DNA of 64,000 nucleotides from a virus (lineage: Duplodnaviria; Caudoviricetes), in the IMG/VR virus record IMGVR_UViG_3300020048_000088, positions 17,314 through 81,313 of that record. One strand, 5' to 3'. Positions 54,211-61,100 of the stretch are shown piece by piece. The position numbers and the translations under genes were made by a program. The notes below the pieces were generated by a model that was given only the letters and a program-made list of their open reading frames with translations, made no database searches and was not told the DNA's origin. Numbering within the stretch: position 1 is the first letter of the stretch; each line of letters opens with the position of its first letter.

Positions 54211-55041
54211 ATGCTCACCCTTGCTGACGCGTCAAGTTATTTTGACCGCACCCCCATTCTGGACGCCTACACGGGCGCCACCCTGTTTTACGGTCAGGTT
54301 GACCCCTATCAGGATGCAATCCGCGACAGCGCCACGGCGTACCGGCGCATTCTGTCGGTCAAGCCCGGCACAGCAATCCCGACCAAGCGCGCGGTAAAGG
54401 TTCTGGGCGTACCCTGGCTCGTGGGCTCCTCGGAACTTGACGGCCATGCCACGGCGCACCGGGAAAAGTACGTGCTGCACCCAGCACCCGCGACCCTTGC
54501 CGTGACCAGCCTGCCGGGCTACGTGGCAGGTGCTGCGTCCGTGAACAACCTCGGCGACATGATCTGGCTGAAGGACACCAAGGAGGACGCCTCGTCCTCG
54601 CGCGCGGTTCCGATGCTGACTGCCTACCTGTCCTCCACAGCCGCGCTGGCGGAGTACGACGTGATCACTGTGGGCACCCAGAGCTACCTGGCGTTCCCTC
54701 CGCACCTGCAGGCTTCTGGCGTGCAGGCAGCGACCTGCTCCCGGCTCGAGTTCGCACCAGCCGACGCCACCCTGGCGACGCGCACCTATGACCCCGTGCA
54801 GGGCAAGTACACCGCGACCGTCAACACCACCGTGAAGTGCCTGCGCGTGCGCTGGCAGACCCTGTTCATCTACGGCTCGCAGGGCGACGCCAAGTACCAG
54901 GAGGGCGACTGCTCTCTGGTGCTGCCGGCCGGCACGGCGGCCGCCACCAAAGACACCCTGACGCTTGCAGGTCAGCCGTGGAACATCCTCGCTGTGGAGA
55001 GCCTTGGCGGCGCTGTCGTTGCGCACGCACGGCGTGCCTGA
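54211..55041 (+). CDS. Head-closure/neck protein candidate
   Basis: 276 aa, beta-rich; neck module position. Confidence 0.55.
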   Translation: MLTLADASSYFDRTPILDAYTGATLFYGQVDPYQDAIRDSATAYRRILSVKPGTAIPTKRAVKVLGVPWLVGSSELDGHATAHREKYVLHPAPATLAVTSLPGYVAGAASVNNLGDMIWLKDTKEDASSSRAVPMLTAYLSSTAALAEYDVITVGTQSYLAFPPHLQASGVQAATCSRLEFAPADATLATRTYDPVQGKYTATVNTTVKCLRVRWQTLFIYGSQGDAKYQEGDCSLVLPAGTAAATKDTLTLAGQPWNILAVESLGGAVVAHARRA

Positions 55042-55592
55042 TGGCCAGCGAATCGCTCTACCGCTTCCAGCAGGGCGTGGACGTCTGGTTGAAGCAGGTT
55101 AAGACCATGTCGCAGGATCAGTACCAGAAGATTGTCTGGTCGCTGTTTCAGCGCATCCTCAAGGCCACCCCGCAGTGGTCTGGCAAGGCGGTGGCCAACT
55201 GGAACCTCAGTGTGGGTTCTCCTGACATGAACGTCTACGTGGACGAGGCTGAAGCGGTGGACTCCGTGACTGGCAACCCCCTACAGAAGGGGGACACCAA
55301 GTGGATGAAGGTGGCGCGAGACCGTAACCGGGCCACGCTGAAGGCCATCAAGTACACGGACAAGGTCTACATATCCAACGGCGTCACCGGTGACGACAAG
55401 TGGGGCGACGGCCACAGCACTTTTGCGTACATGCAGGCGTTTCAGAACCCAGCCGAGTGGGCCGCGCGCCTGCGCGAGGAGAACAAGCCCTACGAAACCG
55501 TCAGCGAGTCTGTCCTCATCGTGGCGACCAACTTTATCAAGCAGGGCCTAGGCCTTTCGGGGACAGGCGGCAACTACAGGGACTACGAATGA
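55041..55592 (+). CDS. Tail completion/neck protein (HK97 gp10-like)
   Basis: TPQWSG..VANWNLS..VYISNG pattern; TGATG overlap. Confidence 0.6.
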   Translation: MASESLYRFQQGVDVWLKQVKTMSQDQYQKIVWSLFQRILKATPQWSGKAVANWNLSVGSPDMNVYVDEAEAVDSVTGNPLQKGDTKWMKVARDRNRATLKAIKYTDKVYISNGVTGDDKWGDGHSTFAYMQAFQNPAEWAARLREENKPYETVSESVLIVATNFIKQGLGLSGTGGNYRDYE

Positions 55593-55990
55593 CACCCAAA
55601 GAATTCAGAGCCGCCGTATTCGGCGAAGTACAGGCCTGGGCGGCCGCCAGCTTCCCAACGCTGCCTGTGCTCTACGAGAACGGGCCCACGCCCGACGAAG
55701 ACAAGATTGGCACCATCTGGCTCGACGTGGAGCTGCGGTGGTACGGCGGCATTGTGGCGTCCATCGGAACACCCGTACGCACGCGCAAGACCGGGGCCGT
55801 CGCGGCCATGTGCTACTACCGTACGGGTGAGGGCACCGACGCGCCAGACAGTGTCATTGACTCCCTTGGCGAGTACCTGCAGGCGCGCAGGCTGGGCGCA
55901 GGGGTGCTTGAAGCACCGCAACCTACCGTGCCCACCAACATCAGGGGCTGGCACAAGACAGGCATCTTTATCCCCTTCACGCTTGGATAA
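55589..55990 (+). CDS. Tail terminator candidate
   Basis: 133 aa immediately before the tail tube gene. Confidence 0.6.
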   Translation: MTPKEFRAAVFGEVQAWAAASFPTLPVLYENGPTPDEDKIGTIWLDVELRWYGGIVASIGTPVRTRKTGAVAAMCYYRTGEGTDAPDSVIDSLGEYLQARRLGAGVLEAPQPTVPTNIRGWHKTGIFIPFTLG

Positions 55991-56037
55991 CCCCGGGGAT
56001 TTACTTTTCGGAAATCTTCCCCCAGTATCACGCGCAT
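55988..56037 (+). promoter_or_regulatory. Putative late promoter, copy 3 (tail tube)
   Basis: TAACCCCGGGGA-TTTACT-N17-CAGTAT. Confidence 0.7.
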
Positions 56038-56071
56038 CCTTTCCATAACAAGAAGAACATAAGGAAATTCC

Positions 56072-57292
56072 ATGCCATACGCATCCAACGCCTTCGGGCA
56101 ACTCCGCTACGTTCCCGAAGTCACGCCGGGTGTGATTCCCGGCTCAGGTGGCATCAACCTGCGCCAGACTGGCCCCACCATGAAGGCGGCCATCTCTTCT
56201 GTCAAATCCGAAGAAATCCGCCAGGACCGCCTGTCCACCGGCTCCACCAACACCGACCTGAACATTGACGGCGGTTTCAACTTTGAGCTGAGTGGTAAAG
56301 AGTACGACCCGTTCCTTGCCAACATGCTGGGCCAGACCGGATTCACCCACTTCGGTACGCTGGGCCTGAGCGCGATCATCCCAACGTCCTGCACGACCAC
56401 CGCGAACACCATCACGGCGGGCGCCGCCACCACGGGTGTGGACATTTTCACCGCGCTCGCCATTGGTTCCTGGTTCAAGGTGATCGCGCCTGCGGCTGCC
56501 TCGACCGCCATCAAGGACTACTTTGCGGACAAGTGGTTCAAGGTTCTGAGCACCACCGCCACCGCGATCACGCTGGACGCCAGCACCCCGATCGCTGCGC
56601 CTGGTATCGGCACCCTCGGCGTCGGCTACAAGATCAGCCAGTCTTCCATCTCGAACGGTGCCACCTTCAGCACCTTCGCGCTGGAGTATGCGCTGACCGA
56701 CATCACCCAGTTCCTGACGTTCACCGGCATGCAGGTCAACACGTTTGACCTGAACCTGGACGTGGGCGCGATCGCCAAGGGCTCATTCGGCTTCATCGGC
56801 CGCGGCCACACCATGCAAAACTCGGCCCGGGTCATCGGCGCGGCAGCCTCTCAGTCTCTGGAAGTGATGAACAGCGTGTCCGACCTCGGCGCGATCTACG
56901 AGAACGGCACCAGCATCCTGGGCGCCACATCGTTCATCAAGAGTCTGAAGCTCAACATCAACAACAACGCCCGTGCGCAAAAAGCCCTGGGCGTGTTCGG
57001 CACGGTGGGCGTGGGCCTGGGCGAGCTGGGGCTGAGCGGCACGATGGAGGTTTACCTCGAAGACGCGGCCTACTACCAGAAGTGGCTTGCCGGCACCAAC
57101 ACCAGCCTCTCGGTGGGCATGGCGGACGGCGCGGGCAACGGCTATATGTTCGACTTTCCGAAGATCAAGTTCAAGGACGGCGGCCTGAACATGTCTGGCC
57201 GTGACGACGTGATGTTGTCGCTGCCCTTCGACGCTTTCTACGACGCGACCTCCAACCGCGGCATCCGCATCACACGCTCCATTGCAGCGTAA
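56072..57292 (+). CDS. Major tail tube protein
   Basis: 406 aa; LRYVPEVTPG..P N-terminus; Gly/Thr-rich with inserted domain; followed by chaperone and TMP genes. Confidence 0.82.
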   Translation: MPYASNAFGQLRYVPEVTPGVIPGSGGINLRQTGPTMKAAISSVKSEEIRQDRLSTGSTNTDLNIDGGFNFELSGKEYDPFLANMLGQTGFTHFGTLGLSAIIPTSCTTTANTITAGAATTGVDIFTALAIGSWFKVIAPAAASTAIKDYFADKWFKVLSTTATAITLDASTPIAAPGIGTLGVGYKISQSSISNGATFSTFALEYALTDITQFLTFTGMQVNTFDLNLDVGAIAKGSFGFIGRGHTMQNSARVIGAAASQSLEVMNSVSDLGAIYENGTSILGATSFIKSLKLNINNNARAQKALGVFGTVGVGLGELGLSGTMEVYLEDAAYYQKWLAGTNTSLSVGMADGAGNGYMFDFPKIKFKDGGLNMSGRDDVMLSLPFDAFYDATSNRGIRITRSIAA

Positions 57293-57379
57293 CAAATCTG
57301 ATCGGGAGGGGTGACCCTCCCGAGAAGTAAGAGGGCCCAAAGAGGCCCATTTCAACCCCTGAAAGAAAAGAAGAACCCC

Positions 57380-57775
57380 ATGGACATTTTTGAGCAATAC
57401 GCCACCGACGAAACCGCTGAAGTCGAGGGTCGCTGGTTCCCGCTGGACAAGAAGACCAAGGTGTTGGTTGCGCGCACCGGCAACCCAAACTACCTCAAGG
57501 CCATGCGTCAGCGCATGAAGGACGCCCAGATCGACACAGAAGACCAGAGCGATGAGAACGAAAAGCTCGTCACCGATCTGGTCATCGAGACCATGGCCGA
57601 GACCATCCTGCTGGGCTGGAAGGGTCTGAGCCTGAAGAAGGAAGAGCTTACCTACTCCAAGGCCAACGCCATGAAGGTGCTGACGGTCAAGGGCTTCCGT
57701 GAGCGCATCTCGGGCATCGCGGGCAAGCTTGAGTCCTTCCGCGTGAAGGAAGAGGAAGAGCAGGGAAACGCCTAA
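57380..57775 (+). CDS. Tail assembly chaperone (gpG-like)
   Basis: 131 aa between tail tube and TMP; ends at slippery G GGA AAC. Confidence 0.8.
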   Translation: MDIFEQYATDETAEVEGRWFPLDKKTKVLVARTGNPNYLKAMRQRMKDAQIDTEDQSDENEKLVTDLVIETMAETILLGWKGLSLKKEELTYSKANAMKVLTVKGFRERISGIAGKLESFRVKEEEEQGNA

Positions 57776-58113
57776 GCGCCGACCTGCTGTGGAACCTCAA
57801 ATGGGGTTCCTCAGTCAAGGCATTCAAGGCGCGCGAGGCAAAGACTGGCATCAAAGCCAGACCAATGCTTGAGCGACCGACCCTGAAGAGGGAAGACCTC
57901 CCCTACAGGGAGGCCTTTTTCATTCTGAACGGCGCCAGAACCTATGGCATGAGTGCTGCCAACCCGCTGGCGATTTCCGAGATTCTGAGCCTTTTGGTTA
58001 TGGGGGGGATTGCGTATATCGGCCCGAAGCCCAAGTATCTGCGTCTGATGCAGATACTTGATCGCACCTACCTCAACTACCAGTCCGATAACGCAGCGAA
58101 ATCTACGACATGA
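57763..58113 (+). CDS. -1 frameshift extension (gpGT-like)
   Basis: GGGAAAC at 57763-57769; -1 frame is open (GKRLSADLLWNLKWG...PMLERP...) to TGA 58113. Confidence 0.8.
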   Translation, partial: GKRLSADLLWNLKWGSSVKAFKAREAKTGIKARPMLERPTLKREDLPYREAFFILNGARTYGMSAANPLAISEILSLLVMGGIAYIGPKPKYLRLMQILDRTYLNYQSDNAAKSTT

Positions 58114-61100
58114 GCGAACCACTCTTAAGCCCAGGCGTTGACCCCAAGGACGTAGTCTCTGGGGTGAAGGTCATCGAGGAGCAGGCCAACAAGATGGTCG
58201 GCGCCGCAGGGAAGATGTCGAAGGCGTTCGACGACTTCGGCGCAGGGCTTGGCAAGAAGGCTCGCCCAGGGCTGGACGCGCTGAAGGCCTCGATGGTCGG
58301 CACCGTGTCGGAGTTGGTGAATCAGGTTCAGCACCTGGCGACAGAGAATGACAAGCTGGCGAGGGAACTTGCAAGGAGCACCCTGGAGGTGGAGAAGCTG
58401 GTGAAAGCTCGTGTCGCGCATACCAAGAAAGCGTCAGCGGACATAGTTTCTGTGGTTGAGGGTGAGGCTCTCGCGCTCAGAAAAATCTACACAGAGATGC
58501 AGACGGATCAGGCAGGGTTTGCAACAGGGTCGTCGGCCACATGGGCGGGGCTCGTCGCGAACCAGCGTTCAGCCAGCGCTGCCTATTTAGTGGAGGTCAA
58601 TCGTCTGAGAGTGGCGGTGAAGGCCGAGTACATGGCGATGGAGCTAGACGCTGCACAGGTCCGATTGGCGGCGCCAGCGCGCGCGGGTGCACTCAGGGAA
58701 ACTTCGGGGGGCTCGCTGTCGCAGGCTGTGGGTGCGGGCGGCAACAAGGCGTTCATTGACTCCCTCATCGCCGAGAGCGAGATGATCAAGTACGGCTACG
58801 AGAAGGCGTTCTTCGCGACCAAGGAGGGGTCAGCTCTGGTGCTGTCGGCGATGAACGCTTATTACACCCAGATGGATATGGATGTCCGGCTGAATACGAC
58901 AAAGCTTGTTGAGTCTGTTATGGGGTCCGCAGCGAAGATGGCTGAGGCTGAGAAGCTCCGGCTCCAGAACTTCATGCTCCGGGCTGCCGAAGCCAAGACG
59001 GCTTACGACATGGACATGGCCGCCCTGCGCACTTACTTCAAGGAGAAGGAGGCATCTGCACTCGCACATGCAGCGAAGATGGCTGAGGCTGAGAAGCTCC
59101 GGCTCCAGAACTTCATGCTCCGGGCTGCCGAAGCCAAGACGGCTTACGACATGGACATGGCCGCCCTGCGCACTTACTTCAAGGAGAAGGAGGCATCTGC
59201 ACTCGCACATGCAGCGAAGATGGCTGAGGCTGAGAAGCTCCGGCTCCAGAACTTCATGCTCCGGGCTGCCGAAGCCAAGACGGCTTACGACATGGACATG
59301 GCCGCCCTGCGCACTTACTTCAAGGAGAAGGAGGCATCTGCACTCGCACATGCAGCGAAGATGGCTGAGGCTGAGAAGCTCCGGCTCCAGAACTTCATGC
59401 TCCGGGCTGCCGAAGCCAAGACGGCTTACGACATGGACATGGCCGCCCTGCGCACTTACTTCAAGGAGAAGGAGGCATCTGCACTCGCACATGCAGCGAA
59501 GATGGCAGAGGCTGAGAAGCTCCGGCTCAGCAACTTCATGTTACGCAAGGCGGAGGCCAAGACAGCTTACGACATGGATATGGCTGCCATGCGGACCTAC
59601 TATACGGAGCAGGAGTCCACGGCCCTCGCATCTACCAAGGCTCTTGGTAGCACCCATGTGGACGGTGTCGCTAAAGCTGACAAGTTCCGCAAGGCGAACT
59701 CGGAACTGAACGCGACCATGCGGGACGGCCACTCGGCCGCGCGAGGCTTAGCTTCAGGGTTCAACGCGATGTGGCTGACATGGGGCAATATCATCCCCCT
59801 GATGGCCGGCGCGGCAGTCTCCAACGCCCTTGTGAAATCCGTGAAGGCCGGCGCCGAGTTCGAGAACACCCTGCGCACTCTAGGGGAACTCAGCGAGGCA
59901 ACAGCCGCTGACCTGCAGATGCTTACCAAGGAGGCTCTGAGCGTCGGTTCCGTGGGCCGCTTCGGGCCGCAGGAGGTTGCAGAAGCCCTGAAGACCCTTG
60001 CCCTGGCGGGCCTGGATGCGCGGGAGCAGATGACAGCGCTTAAACCTGTGCTGAACTTCTCGGTTGTGGGGGAGATGAACCTCAAGGACGCCGCCGAGGG
60101 GCTCACCGCCATCTCCACGGCCTTCGGCTACACCTCCACCGGGTTCAGCACAGTCGGCGACGTTGTCGCGAAGGCGGCCGCGGTGTCCATGTCCTCCGTG
60201 ACGGACATGACGCAGGCGTTCCGCCTCGCCTCCACGGTAGCCCAGCAATTTGGCGTGTCCATCACGGACGCATCGACCACTCTGGCCCTGTTGGCACAAG
60301 TGGGTATCCGCGGCTCGGCGGCCGGTACGGCCATGCGCCAGATGTACAACGAGCTGATCGGGTCGTCTGAGAGGGCCAAGAAGGTAATCCGGGAGACCCT
60401 GGATGTCTCGATCATCGACAACCAGACCAGGTCGGTCAAAACCCTGAGCGTGATTCTTGGGGAGCTCTCCGGGGCCTTGTCCAAATACACCTACGAGGCC
60501 CAGCTGAACATCCTTCAAGCCATGGGCAACGAGCGCGGCACCAAGGCGCTGTCTGCTGGCCTGACGGCGATGGTCACCAAAGCCCGGGAGACCGGTGGCG
60601 ACCTCAAGACGATTTTCCAGGACATCCAGGAGCAACTCGCGGACGCGCCTGGGTTCGTGGCGATGGCTTCCATCGGCATGGCCCTGACCGCGCAAAACCA
60701 GATCAAGTCAGTCGGCAACGCCATGCAGGCAGCGCTGATCGAGGCGTTCCAGGCGGCGCAGCCTTCGATACTGCTTGTGACTTCGGCTCTTCGCGATGCG
60801 CTCAACTCAGATGAGTTCAAGGGCGCCCTGAAGTCATTGGTGGAGGGTCTGGCGGACTTCGTCGGGTTCATTACCAGAAACATCGGTGTGATCTCCAGCA
60901 TTGCGACTGGCCTGGCCGTGGGCACTGGGGCTATGGCCGTGTTCAGGATCGCCGTGGCAGCCGCGACGGTTGTGCTGCCACCCCTGGGCGTGGCGATTGG
61001 CGCACTGGCTGCGGGGTCGCTCCCAAGCCTCGCAGCAGTAGCCGCTGCCTTCTGGCCAATCACTTTGGCAGCCGCAGCTGTGGGCGCTGCGATGTGGCTG

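Noticed and set aside
58830-59709. Repeat ORFs 58906-59709 (+) and 58830-59492 (-); possible DGR or CRISPR
   Set aside because: Alternative frames of the TMP repeat; no spacers, no adenine-specific variation, no reverse transcriptase.
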